From: Bacteroidota bacterium
GTDB lineage: Bacteria > Bacteroidota > Bacteroidia > 2-12-FULL-35-15
Assembly (NCBI GenBank): GCA_947449315.1
Contig: CANFRC010000012.1
Coordinates: 5,842-69,841, forward strand
Direction: 5' to 3'
DNA: 64,000 nucleotides
Shown here one piece after another: positions 30,037-39,762 of the stretch. A model generated the notes under the pieces. That model worked only from the letters and a program-made list of their open reading frames with translations. It was not told the DNA's origin and searched no databases. The position numbers and the translations under genes are program-made. Every line of letters begins with the position of its first letter. The stretch's first letter is position 1.

Positions 30037-31173
30037 TTATTGCTTTTGTTGATTAATTAGTTTTCTTAAATTTTTAATTTGGGATGCAAAGTAAAGTCTT
30101 TTTTCTGGATATTTCAAGCGTAAATTTTCATATGCGAGTATCGCCTTCGCATAATTTCCCTGCAAAACGTATATTTTAGCCAAAGTTTCGCTTACAAAAG
30201 TAATGTCATCCGCTACACTTTGCTTGGCTTTGTTAATTGGGCTAAAAAACTCCGTTTTAGGCCTAGATATTTTCGGCTCCTCCCGTATGAATTTGTCTAT
30301 CAACTCAAATGGATCAAGCACTTGACCTTCTTTTTTAAATTCTTTTCTTTCTTCTGATTTTTGAGGTGTTTGTCCATCCGAACTTAAATGCTTCAGCCAA
30401 TCGGTAAACGATAGCGATTCGGTATCAATTTTAGTATCAATTGACAGACTTTGTTCAATTACAGGTGCAGCAATATCGTTTCCTAAGTTCAAAACAAAAT
30501 CCGACGCTATTGATTCCGTTTCTTGGTATTCTTCTGTTGTTTGATCTTTGAAAATACCTGTATGCAGCATTTCTAGTTCAACACTGGCATTTACAGCCTC
30601 AGAAATATATTCCTGCTCAAATTCTTTTATTTTTTCTTCCTCATTTTTTAGACTAGCCGATTCATCTTCAAGAATTTGTTCAAATACTTTTTCTTCGGCT
30701 AGTTCGATAGGGGATGTCTCTATTTCCGCGTTCTTATCTGGCAAAATAGAAGAATTTTCAACAATTTCTTCTTTCGTTTCTGTTGTTACACTTTTTGTGT
30801 CTGAAATTTCCTCTATAACGCTTGGGATAATTTGTTCCTTATCGTCCTCGTTAACAACTTTTTTTACCTGCTCGTCAATTCTTTTATCCTCAACATATGA
30901 TTCTATTTCTCGGGAAATGGAGTGATGTGTTTCTGATTCGGTCCTTTTCGTTATTAGTTTGTGAAGCACCTTCCTATCCGTTGCATATGCTGCTGTAATT
31001 TTTAATTGATTGTTATAGTGGATGCTATTTTGATTGTGCAAACTCTTTGAATAAAGTAAATGTGCCGTCTGAAAATAGGGGAAGTTTTTTAATAGTTCTA
31101 ACAGTTGTATACTATCGTTACCCGACATTTTATCGGGAGTTTCCATAAATGATATGAACTGTGTTTTATTCAT
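30037..31173 (-). CDS. Conserved hypothetical protein (helical/TPR-like ends, acidic disordered middle)
   Basis: FPYFQTAHLL near the N-terminus; SETLAKIYVLQG...YPEK..YFA at the C-terminus; usual position between lptE and secG in Bacteroidota. Confidence 0.8.
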   Translation of the reverse strand: MNKTQFISFMETPDKMSGNDSIQLLELLKNFPYFQTAHLLYSKSLHNQNSIHYNNQLKITAAYATDRKVLHKLITKRTESETHHSISREIESYVEDKRIDEQVKKVVNEDDKEQIIPSVIEEISDTKSVTTETKEEIVENSSILPDKNAEIETSPIELAEEKVFEQILEDESASLKNEEEKIKEFEQEYISEAVNASVELEMLHTGIFKDQTTEEYQETESIASDFVLNLGNDIAAPVIEQSLSIDTKIDTESLSFTDWLKHLSSDGQTPQKSEERKEFKKEGQVLDPFELIDKFIREEPKISRPKTEFFSPINKAKQSVADDITFVSETLAKIYVLQGNYAKAILAYENLRLKYPEKRLYFASQIKNLRKLINQQKQ

Positions 31174-31710
31174 TTACCAATCGTTCAATGCTCTGTTAAA
31201 AATATCCTGTACCAATTGATCATTAATATCGTGTATCAAACCATCTTCAACGGAAGTTAAACTTTGAGCACTGGTGTAATCTGCATATCGGGTAAATGAT
31301 TGATCAAAATTCTTCTTTTCATCAAACGAACATGTGTATTTTACATTTACAGTAATTGTCAATCTGTTCAAGGCTGCTTGATCTGTGCTTTGGATGGCTA
31401 TAGGAGAGGTTGCATAACCAGTAATACTGCCTTCAAAACTAAGATCTCCACCTTTTGTTGTAAGGCTTAAATGTGATTGAGAACTCAGCTTATCACGCAA
31501 CGCTTCTGTGAAAGTTTGGCTCAGAGTAGGAGGTGCCAAAGAAGCATTGTTTTGAAAATATTGAACAGAGATGGTTTTTGCTTCGGGTGGAATGCTCGCC
31601 CCACTGAATGAATAATGGGTTTTGCAACTTGATAAAAGGGAAATGAGACAAGCGATAACTGCTAGGTTATGCTTTACTTTATAGTTGAATATGAAATTTA
31701 ATAAGCTCAA
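31174..31710 (-). CDS. lptE: LptE-family lipoprotein
   Basis: Lipobox LLSSC, YSFSGASI, FQNNA, NRLTITVNV, C-terminal W; exact start uncertain. Confidence 0.8.
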   Translation of the reverse strand: MSLLNFIFNYKVKHNLAVIACLISLLSSCKTHYSFSGASIPPEAKTISVQYFQNNASLAPPTLSQTFTEALRDKLSSQSHLSLTTKGGDLSFEGSITGYATSPIAIQSTDQAALNRLTITVNVKYTCSFDEKKNFDQSFTRYADYTSAQSLTSVEDGLIHDINDQLVQDIFNRALNDW

Positions 31711-31769
31711 TTAATTTTTATTTTTAATCGTGAAGAATACCTCTTTTTCCGCTATTGTTTTATGTGATC

Positions 31770-33005
31770 CTACTTGATGCTGTACTCGTTTATTTTTCTG
31801 TAGAGTGTTCGTTCCGAGATCCCTAATTCTTTCGCTGCATTTTTGCGTTTACCTTTATGCTTTGTTAGCGCTTTTTTGATCATGTCTTCTTCAATGTCTT
31901 GGAGTGATAGTGATTCCTCAACAACTTCATGTAAAGGTATCTGGTCATTCGTTTTAATTGGAGAAGCAGTGTTGTTATATCCTAATTGTATTGGTGTTTC
32001 AGGTGTTCCAACTTCTTGATATAATTTCTTTATGAGTGAAGCATTGTCAGGATGAAAATCCTGATTTAATTGATTATCATTTTCAATTAGATCCACTACA
32101 ATTTTTTTTAGATCGGTCAGATCTTTTTTCATATCAAATAAAACCTTGTATAACAAATCGCGCTCGCTGAAATCATTTCCCCCTTGCGCCGAATTGCTAA
32201 CAATCATTGGTAATTGAGATGTTTGTTGTTGTGGCAAATAGGTTCGCATAATATCTGCGGTAATATCTCTTTGCTTTTCAATCACGGAAATTTGTTCCGT
32301 AATATTTTTCAATTGACGAACATTTCCTTGAAAATAATAATCTGTCAATAGTTGCTGCGCCTCAGCATCTAATTTGATGGATGGCATTCTGTATTTTGAT
32401 GAAAAATCAGCTGCAAACTTTCTGAATAATAAAAAGATATCTTGTTTCCGCTCTCGCAATGGCGGCACCATAATAGGAACAGTATTCAAACGGTAATAAA
32501 GATCTTCTCTGAATTTCCCTTTTTCAATGGCTTGCTGAATATTTACATTTGTTGCAGCAACAACACGTACGTCCGTTTTTAAAACTTTAGATGACCCAAC
32601 TTTGATAAATTCTCCACTTTCTAAAACACGCAATAAACGTGCTTGAGTTGCCAATGGCATTTCTGCAACCTCATCTAAGAAAATTGTTCCTCCGTTGGCA
32701 ACTTCAAAATACCCTTTGCGCGCCTCATGTGCACCTGTGAACGAACCTTTTTCATGACCGAATAATTCTGAATCAATTGTTCCTTCAGGAATTGCACCGC
32801 AATTTACAGCGATGTATTGACCATGTTTTCGTGCACTTAATGCGTGAATAATTTGCGGAAAAACTTCCTTCCCAGTTCCGCTTTCTCCTGTGACCAATAC
32901 GGTCAGGTCGGTTGGAGCTACTTGCTTAGCAATGTCAATTGCTCTGTCAAGCACTGGGGATCCTCCAATGATGCCAAATCGATTTTTTAGTTCTTGAATT
33001 GTCAT
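31770..33005 (-). CDS. Sigma54-dependent AAA+ enhancer-binding protein with Fis-type HTH; no N-terminal sensor domain
   Basis: GESGTGKE, SELFGHEKGSFTGA, FLDEV, FREDLYYRL, GNVRQL, LGISERTLYRK. Confidence 0.93.
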   Translation of the reverse strand: MTIQELKNRFGIIGGSPVLDRAIDIAKQVAPTDLTVLVTGESGTGKEVFPQIIHALSARKHGQYIAVNCGAIPEGTIDSELFGHEKGSFTGAHEARKGYFEVANGGTIFLDEVAEMPLATQARLLRVLESGEFIKVGSSKVLKTDVRVVAATNVNIQQAIEKGKFREDLYYRLNTVPIMVPPLRERKQDIFLLFRKFAADFSSKYRMPSIKLDAEAQQLLTDYYFQGNVRQLKNITEQISVIEKQRDITADIMRTYLPQQQTSQLPMIVSNSAQGGNDFSERDLLYKVLFDMKKDLTDLKKIVVDLIENDNQLNQDFHPDNASLIKKLYQEVGTPETPIQLGYNNTASPIKTNDQIPLHEVVEESLSLQDIEEDMIKKALTKHKGKRKNAAKELGISERTLYRKINEYSIK

Positions 33006-33017
33006 TTTCTATATTGC

Positions 33018-34448
33018 TTATATGGCCTTGCCAATTAACGTACCACCCGTACATCTGTCAGCTAATACAGTTACGTAATCCCCTATTTTGAAATTTTCTT
33101 TCGGAAAAACGACAACAGTACTTTGAGAGTTTCTTCCAAACAATTCTTCTTTCGATTTTTTTGATATTCCTTCCACTAAAACTCGGTGGACTTTTCCAAC
33201 GCCTTCTTTCGTTCGTTCCGCGGAATGCTTTAATTGCAGTTCTACAATCTCCGCCAATCTTCTGCTTTTTATTTCAGCTGGAACATCATCTTTGTATTTG
33301 CGTTCTGCCAATGTTTTAGGGCGCTCGCTGTATGCAAACATATATCCAAAGTCATATTTTACCGTTTCCATCAACGAAAGTGTATCTTGGTGCTCTTCCT
33401 CTGTTTCAGAACAGAATCCGGTAATAATATCCATGGATATCCCACAATCTGGAATAATTTTACGAATAGCATCTATTCTGTTCAAATACCATTCACGGGT
33501 ATAACCGCGATTCATCATTTCTAAAATACGTGAGTTTCCTGATTGAACCGGTAAATGGATATAACTACAGATATTTTCGTATTTCGCGATTGTGTAAAGT
33601 ACATCATCATTCATATCTTTTGGATGAGAAGTGCTGAAACGTACGCGCAGATCGGGATTTACCAAAGCCACTTTTTCAAGTAATTGAGAAAAAGTAGTTG
33701 CATTATTTAACTCTTCATGGGATAAATTATCTTTTTTTAACCCGCCTCCTGTCCACAAATAGGAATCTACGTTTTGCCCAAGCAGCGTTACTTCGCGATA
33801 GCCTTCTGCAAATAAATCTTGTGCTTCTTTTACAATTGTTTCAGGATCACGACTGCGTTCTCTTCCTCTTGTAAATGGAACCACACAAAATGCGCACATA
33901 TTATCACAACCGCGTGTGATGCTGATGAATGCCGTTACTCCATTTGAACCTAATCTAACAGGGGCAATGTCTGCGTATGTTTCTTCCTTCGAAAGAAGCA
34001 CATTGATTGCATTTTGTCCTGTTTCTGCAATTTCAATTAATTCCGGTAAGCTACGATAGGCGTCCGGCCCCACAACAATATCAACTAGTTTTTCCTGTTC
34101 CAAAAATTGCGACTTTAGTCGTTCTGCCATACAGCCCAAAACGCCCACAATTAGATCTGGATTATTTTTTTTTGCTCTTTTGAAGTCAGTTAAACGTTTA
34201 CGAACACGTTGTTCAGCCCCTTCGCGAATGGCACATGTATTTACAAAAATAACATCTGCTTCATTAAAATCTTGTGTTGTTGTAAACCCCTTGTCTTTCA
34301 AAATGGAAGCTACAATTTCGCTATCTGAAAAATTCATGGCACAACCATAACTTTCCAAAAACAATTTTTTTCCGTTCGAAACAACGGGTTGCTCAATCAT
34401 GAAGGCTTCGCCTTGCTTACTTTCATCAATTACTTTATGCTCGCTCAT
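33018..34448 (-). CDS. miaB: tRNA methylthiotransferase MiaB
   Basis: [18 protein letters not shown], radical-SAM [12 protein letters not shown] domain. Confidence 0.96.
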   Translation of the reverse strand: MSEHKVIDESKQGEAFMIEQPVVSNGKKLFLESYGCAMNFSDSEIVASILKDKGFTTTQDFNEADVIFVNTCAIREGAEQRVRKRLTDFKRAKKNNPDLIVGVLGCMAERLKSQFLEQEKLVDIVVGPDAYRSLPELIEIAETGQNAINVLLSKEETYADIAPVRLGSNGVTAFISITRGCDNMCAFCVVPFTRGRERSRDPETIVKEAQDLFAEGYREVTLLGQNVDSYLWTGGGLKKDNLSHEELNNATTFSQLLEKVALVNPDLRVRFSTSHPKDMNDDVLYTIAKYENICSYIHLPVQSGNSRILEMMNRGYTREWYLNRIDAIRKIIPDCGISMDIITGFCSETEEEHQDTLSLMETVKYDFGYMFAYSERPKTLAERKYKDDVPAEIKSRRLAEIVELQLKHSAERTKEGVGKVHRVLVEGISKKSKEELFGRNSQSTVVVFPKENFKIGDYVTVLADRCTGGTLIGKAI

Positions 34449-34499
34449 TTTTAATTTTATATTTACGCCCGATTAGATGCAATGCAAAAAATCGAATTG

Positions 34500-34507
34500 C
34501 AAAGGTA
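34500..34507 (-). promoter_or_regulatory. -7 promoter element (TACCTTTG) for the miaB operon
   Basis: TAnnTTTG match about 50 nt upstream of miaB. Confidence 0.6.
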
Positions 34508-34570
34508 ATCAAAATAAATGGGTGACAAAATGGCGTATTTTGATTTATTTTAAATTATTTTGAAAAATCT

Positions 34571-34592
34571 TATATATATATTTATATATATA
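34571..34592. repeat. (TA)5-TT-(TA)5 self-complementary tract in the miaB/topA divergent region
   Basis: TATATATATA-TT-TATATATATA read directly. Confidence 0.8.
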
Positions 34593-34721
34593 CTAACTGA
34601 CATTTCCAAATTTAATTTGCAAATATCGTTTTGATTTATTTTCCTTTGCAACGAATTTCGAGAAAATGGCATCTCGACCAATATTAATTTTCATTTACAT
34701 CTAAAACAAATTAGCTAGCGT

Positions 34722-37208
34722 ATGAGCAAAAATTTAGTGATAGTGGAGTCCCCTGCAAAAGCGAAAACAATAGAAGGGTTTTTAGGAGAAGGATTTACAG
34801 TGAAATCAAGTTACGGGCACGTTCGCGACTTAGCAAAAAAAGGGTTTGGTGTAGATATAGAAAATAATTTTGCTCCGAATTACGAAGTCTCGCCAGATAA
34901 GGCAAAAGTAGTAAATGAGTTAAAGTCTCTTGCAAAGAAAGCCCAAGTGGTTTGGTTAGCAACCGATGAGGACCGAGAGGGGGAAGCTATTTCTTGGCAT
35001 TTATTTGAGGCCCTGAACTTAAATGATAAAAATACGAAACGTATCGTTTTTCACGAGATTACTAAACCTGCAATTCAAAATGCAATTGCACACCCTCGCA
35101 CCATAGACAAACATTTAGTTGATGCTCAGCAAGCAAGGAGGATTTTAGATCGTTTGGTTGGTTTTGAATTATCTCCAATTCTTTGGAAAAAGGTGCGCCC
35201 TTCATTGTCTGCTGGTCGCGTTCAATCTGTGACCGTTCGGTTGATCGTAGAACGTGAACGTGAAATTGTGGGTTTTAAAAGTACATCATCTTACAAAGTT
35301 GTTGCAAATTTTATTGCTGGAAACGCTAATGTAAAAGCAGAACTTTCAACTAAATTTAAAACTTTGGACGAAGCTCGCGCCTTTCTGAAAAAGTGTGAAA
35401 ATGCGAATTATTCAGTAGATAGCGTTGAAACCAAGCCAACAAAAAAATCACCATCTGCGCCTTTTACAACGTCAACTTTGCAACAAGAAGCAAGCCGTAA
35501 GCTAGGTTTTTCTGTTGCACAAACAATGGTTGTTGCTCAACGATTGTATGAAAGCGGTAAGATCACATACATGAGAACAGACTCCGTGAACCTTTCTGAA
35601 ACAGCTATTAATCAAGCGAAAGAAGCAATCACAGGCAATTACGGAGCTAAGTATTTAAATATTCGTCAATATAAAACCAAATCAAAGGGAGCACAAGAAG
35701 CGCATGAGGCTATTCGCCCAACATATATTCAAAATCAAACAATTGAGGGGGATGCCGCTGATAAACGTTTGTATGATCTGATCTGGAAACGTACCATTTC
35801 ATCACAAATGAGTGATGCCGAATTGGAGAAAACAACTGTTGTTATAACCCCGTCAGGTACAACGGAGAAATTTATTGTTCAAGGTGAGGTATTGAAATTT
35901 GATGGATTTTTGAAAGTTTATTTGGAAGGAACAGACGATGAAGAGGATGAAAATCAAGCAGGAATGTTGCCTCCAATGAAAGTAGGCGAAGTGTTAAAGG
36001 TAAATGAAATTACTGCGATGGAACGGTTTACGCATCATCCAGCAAGATATACGGAAGCTAGTTTGGTAAAAAAATTAGAAGAGCTCGGCATTGGACGCCC
36101 TTCTACTTATGCACCAACTATTTCAACTGTTCAAAAACGGGAGTATGTTGTAAAAGAGGATAGAGAAGGGGTTCAACGAAGTTTCAATGTGCTTTCGTTA
36201 AAAGCAGGGAAGATCTCAGATGAGTTAAGATCAGAAGGTACTGGTGCTGAAAAATCAAAGTTGTTTCCAACAGATATCGGAATGGTTGTCAATGATTTTT
36301 TGCTGAAAGAATTTCCTCAAATTATGGATTTCAATTTCACAGCAAAAGTTGAAGAGGAATTTGATGAGATCGCAGAAGGAAAGATTCAATGGACAAAAAT
36401 GTTGTCTGATTTTTATAAGCCGTTTCATAAAAACGTTATGGATACTTCAGAAAATTCTGAACGTGCATCAGGAGAACGTTTGTTAGGCGTTGATCCGGTT
36501 TCAGGAAAAAATCTCTATGTTCGTATCGGTCGATTTGGTCCAATGGCACAGTTGGGTGAAGGAAATGATGAAAATAACAAACCGAAATTTTCCAGCTTAA
36601 GAAAAGATCAGCGTTTGGATACGATTACTTTTCAGGAGGCTCTGGATCTTTTTAAATTACCCAGAGTTGTTGGAATGTTTGAAGATAAAGAAATGGTTGT
36701 GGCGGTTGGTCGATTTGGTCCTTATGTCCGACACAACAGTATATTCGTTTCTCTGAAAAAAGAAGATGATCCTATGACCGTATCTGCTGATCGTTGCGTC
36801 GAATTGATTCTCGCTAAACGTCAAGCAGAAATTGATAAATATATTAAAACCTTCTCTGAACGGCCAGAAGTTCAATTGTTGAATGGGCGCTGGGGTCCCT
36901 ACCTGGTGATGGATGGTAATAATTTCAAATTACCAAAAGGTACAGATGCTCCATCCTTAACTTTGGAAGAGTGTTTGGCAATTGCCGCAGAACCAAAGAA
37001 TGCGAGCAAAGGTAACCGTTTCAAGAAGAAACAAACGGAGAAAAAAACATTTAAAGTTGCTGTAGCCAAAAAGAAAGCCGCTCCCAAGAAAGCGCTTAAA
37101 AAAGTTGTTCGCCCTGCTTTGAAAACAGCAGCAGTAAAACCTGCCCGTCCAGCAGGCGGGAAGGCTTTAAAGAAAACGGCCGCTAAAAAAACTGCTAAGA
37201 GAAAATAA
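34722..37208 (+). CDS. topA: DNA topoisomerase I with C-terminal repeats and Lys/Ala-rich tail
   Basis: IVESPAKAK, ATDEDREGE, SAGRVQ, ITYMRTDS (catalytic Tyr), GRFGP repeats. Confidence 0.98.
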   Translation: MSKNLVIVESPAKAKTIEGFLGEGFTVKSSYGHVRDLAKKGFGVDIENNFAPNYEVSPDKAKVVNELKSLAKKAQVVWLATDEDREGEAISWHLFEALNLNDKNTKRIVFHEITKPAIQNAIAHPRTIDKHLVDAQQARRILDRLVGFELSPILWKKVRPSLSAGRVQSVTVRLIVEREREIVGFKSTSSYKVVANFIAGNANVKAELSTKFKTLDEARAFLKKCENANYSVDSVETKPTKKSPSAPFTTSTLQQEASRKLGFSVAQTMVVAQRLYESGKITYMRTDSVNLSETAINQAKEAITGNYGAKYLNIRQYKTKSKGAQEAHEAIRPTYIQNQTIEGDAADKRLYDLIWKRTISSQMSDAELEKTTVVITPSGTTEKFIVQGEVLKFDGFLKVYLEGTDDEEDENQAGMLPPMKVGEVLKVNEITAMERFTHHPARYTEASLVKKLEELGIGRPSTYAPTISTVQKREYVVKEDREGVQRSFNVLSLKAGKISDELRSEGTGAEKSKLFPTDIGMVVNDFLLKEFPQIMDFNFTAKVEEEFDEIAEGKIQWTKMLSDFYKPFHKNVMDTSENSERASGERLLGVDPVSGKNLYVRIGRFGPMAQLGEGNDENNKPKFSSLRKDQRLDTITFQEALDLFKLPRVVGMFEDKEMVVAVGRFGPYVRHNSIFVSLKKEDDPMTVSADRCVELILAKRQAEIDKYIKTFSERPEVQLLNGRWGPYLVMDGNNFKLPKGTDAPSLTLEECLAIAAEPKNASKGNRFKKKQTEKKTFKVAVAKKKAAPKKALKKVVRPALKTAAVKPARPAGGKALKKTAAKKTAKRK

Positions 37209-37345
37209 TTTAATAACCACTGTATCTATTTTTTAGTTTGATGTTATAGTTGTAACCCAACGAAAAAGATTCTTGATTTTTGTTGGTAGCATAAAGCAAT
37301 CAAATTTTTTTGCGTCATTCAAAAAATTAGATCGGAATATAAAAA

Positions 37346-38521
37346 TTGTTCATGCAAGAATTTTTTACACCAATCGATTTAAACAATTTTAACGGAGCTA
37401 CTAAATATCCGGCCACTTCATATGGTAAAATAATTAATACCTACACCGTTGGTACTGATTTTCCCAGTTTGGAAGGTGTTCAATTGGCCATAATTGGTGT
37501 GGAAGAAGATAGGAAAGCCTTGAATAACGAAGGTTGTGGCTTAGCTGCTGACTATGTTCGTGAGAACTTATACAAATTATATCAAGGGAACTACAATTCT
37601 AAAATTGTTGATCTTGGAAATATTAAAAAAGGCAATTCTATTGAAGATACCTATTTTGCTGTCACAGATGTATTGGCTGTTTTGCTGAAAAAAAATATCG
37701 TTCCTGTAATTATTGGTGGTTCTCAAGATTTAACATATTGCAATTATCTTGCGTATCAAAAAATGGAACAAACCATAAATATTGTTGCTATTGACTCTTC
37801 TTTTGATATTGGCGATGGTGATAAAGAACTCAATTCTCAAAGCTATTTGAGTAAAATAATTTTACATAAACCCAATATTCTTTTTAATTTCAGTAATGTC
37901 GGGTATCAAAGTTATTTTGTTGAACAAACATCAGTAGAGTTGATGAAAAAACTATATTTTGATGCGCATAGATTGGGACAGGTTAGAAAAAAAATGGAGG
38001 ATGTGGAGCCAATTGTGAGAAATGCCGATTTAGTAAGTTTTGATGTTTCAGCCATTCGACAAAGTGACGCACCGGGAAATGGAAATGCTTCCCCAAATGG
38101 GTTTTACGGAGAAGAAGCTTGCCAGATAACACGCTATGCCGGTTTAAGTGACAAGCTTTCCTCAATAGGGTTTTATGAAATCAATCCAGCTTTTGATACA
38201 AACAAGCAAACAGCGCACCTAGTGGCACAAATGATTTGGTATTTTATTGATGGCTTTTATAACCGAAAACAGGATTATCCGATAGTTGATAAGTTGGAAT
38301 ATACGAAGTATCGGGTCTCAATCAAGGGGCATGAGCATGAAATAGTGTTTTATAAGAGTAATAAGAGTGATCGCTGGTGGATGGATGTGCCATATCCGGT
38401 AAACCATCAGATAAAATTTGAGCGTCATCACATGGTTCCATGCTCTTATAGCGATTACGAGACTGCCTGTAGTGACGAATTGCCTGATAGCTGGTGGCAA
38501 ACCTATCAGAAATTAGGCTAA
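37346..38521 (+). CDS. Arginase/formimidoylglutamase-family protein with degenerate metal site
   Basis: DLGN, GGSQD, SFDVSAI, SPNGF, YEINP; C-terminal RWW...PCSYSDY extension; start may be ATG 37352. Confidence 0.85.
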   Translation: MFMQEFFTPIDLNNFNGATKYPATSYGKIINTYTVGTDFPSLEGVQLAIIGVEEDRKALNNEGCGLAADYVRENLYKLYQGNYNSKIVDLGNIKKGNSIEDTYFAVTDVLAVLLKKNIVPVIIGGSQDLTYCNYLAYQKMEQTINIVAIDSSFDIGDGDKELNSQSYLSKIILHKPNILFNFSNVGYQSYFVEQTSVELMKKLYFDAHRLGQVRKKMEDVEPIVRNADLVSFDVSAIRQSDAPGNGNASPNGFYGEEACQITRYAGLSDKLSSIGFYEINPAFDTNKQTAHLVAQMIWYFIDGFYNRKQDYPIVDKLEYTKYRVSIKGHEHEIVFYKSNKSDRWWMDVPYPVNHQIKFERHHMVPCSYSDYETACSDELPDSWWQTYQKLG

Positions 38522-38652
38522 TTAATACGCTCATTTTGTATAATGAACAATAAAATGTTTAAAAAATTTGTTTTTATTAAACTATTATTTAATTTAGCGT
38601 CCTAACTTTAGGAAAAAGCGACAAATGTTTGTTAACTTTTAAGAGGTAAAAA

Positions 38653-39636
38653 ATGAAAAAAACCCTTATTCTAATTGCATTCTCTATTACTGGTTTGGTT
38701 ACTTTTGCTCAGCAAGATGCCCAGTTCAGTATGAATATGTTTAATCGTTTGGCTGTGAATCCGGGTTATGCGGGTACCAATCAGGCATTATGTGCAACAT
38801 TGTTGTATCGCGATCAGTGGGACAAGTTTCCAGGGGCTCCTAAAACAGGGTTATTAAGCATCGATTACGGCGAATTTTTCAATGGGCATGCCGGAGCAGG
38901 TTTAACTGTTGACCAAGATCTTATCGGATTTGATAAAACGTTAAAAGCCAAAGCGGCATTTTCTTATCATTTGCCGTTGGGTACTGGAGGTATATTGGGT
39001 ATTGGATTAGACGCTGGAATGATTAGTAAATCATTGTCAGGAAATTTTATTGCTCCTGATGGAACTTCCAGAGATACTGGGGGAGGAACTGATAACGCTA
39101 TTCCATGGTCTGGTGCTTCTGCTACGACTTATGATGTTGGATTCGGATTGTATTATACGAGCAAGAATTTATATGTCGGTTTGTCTTCTTTGCATTTGCC
39201 ACAACAAACATTGACAAAAGCTGATGGTACAAAACCTGCAACGGCTACAATAAATTCAAAATATTATGATTTTACATATGAAGTGGCTCGTCACTATTAT
39301 GTTATGGCAGGGTATACATTTCATTTAAATCCACAATTCGAGTTAACGCCTTCTATATTAACTAAATCGGACGCATCCTCTACACAGTTAGATATTAATT
39401 TGATGGCTAAGTGGAATAGAATGGTGTTTGTAGGAGCTTCTTATCGATTGACAGACGCAATTCCTGTTTTTGCAGGCGTTGAATGGAATGGGTTTAAATT
39501 AGGTTATGCTTACGATATAACCCTGTCTAATATTAAATCATATAGCAGTGGAACGCATGAATTAATGTTAGGATATTGTCATAAATTCATACCACCTGTC
39601 CATAAAACAGGCCATATGAACGTGAGATTTATATAA
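38653..39636 (+). CDS. porP: T9SS outer-membrane barrel, PorP/SprF family
   Basis: AQQDAQFS, NPGYAG, YRDQW, GYAYD, GTHELMLGY; directly upstream of gldK. Confidence 0.92.
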   Translation: MKKTLILIAFSITGLVTFAQQDAQFSMNMFNRLAVNPGYAGTNQALCATLLYRDQWDKFPGAPKTGLLSIDYGEFFNGHAGAGLTVDQDLIGFDKTLKAKAAFSYHLPLGTGGILGIGLDAGMISKSLSGNFIAPDGTSRDTGGGTDNAIPWSGASATTYDVGFGLYYTSKNLYVGLSSLHLPQQTLTKADGTKPATATINSKYYDFTYEVARHYYVMAGYTFHLNPQFELTPSILTKSDASSTQLDINLMAKWNRMVFVGASYRLTDAIPVFAGVEWNGFKLGYAYDITLSNIKSYSSGTHELMLGYCHKFIPPVHKTGHMNVRFI

Positions 39637-39762
39637 AATAATCATTTTTTTGTAACCTTAAATTTTTAGTCTCGTTTAAGCTACTCTATTTGCTCTCAGA
39701 ATCATCATACTCAGGTGTGATGATTTTCTAACAAAAAGGGGTTTAATATAAAAACAACAAAT

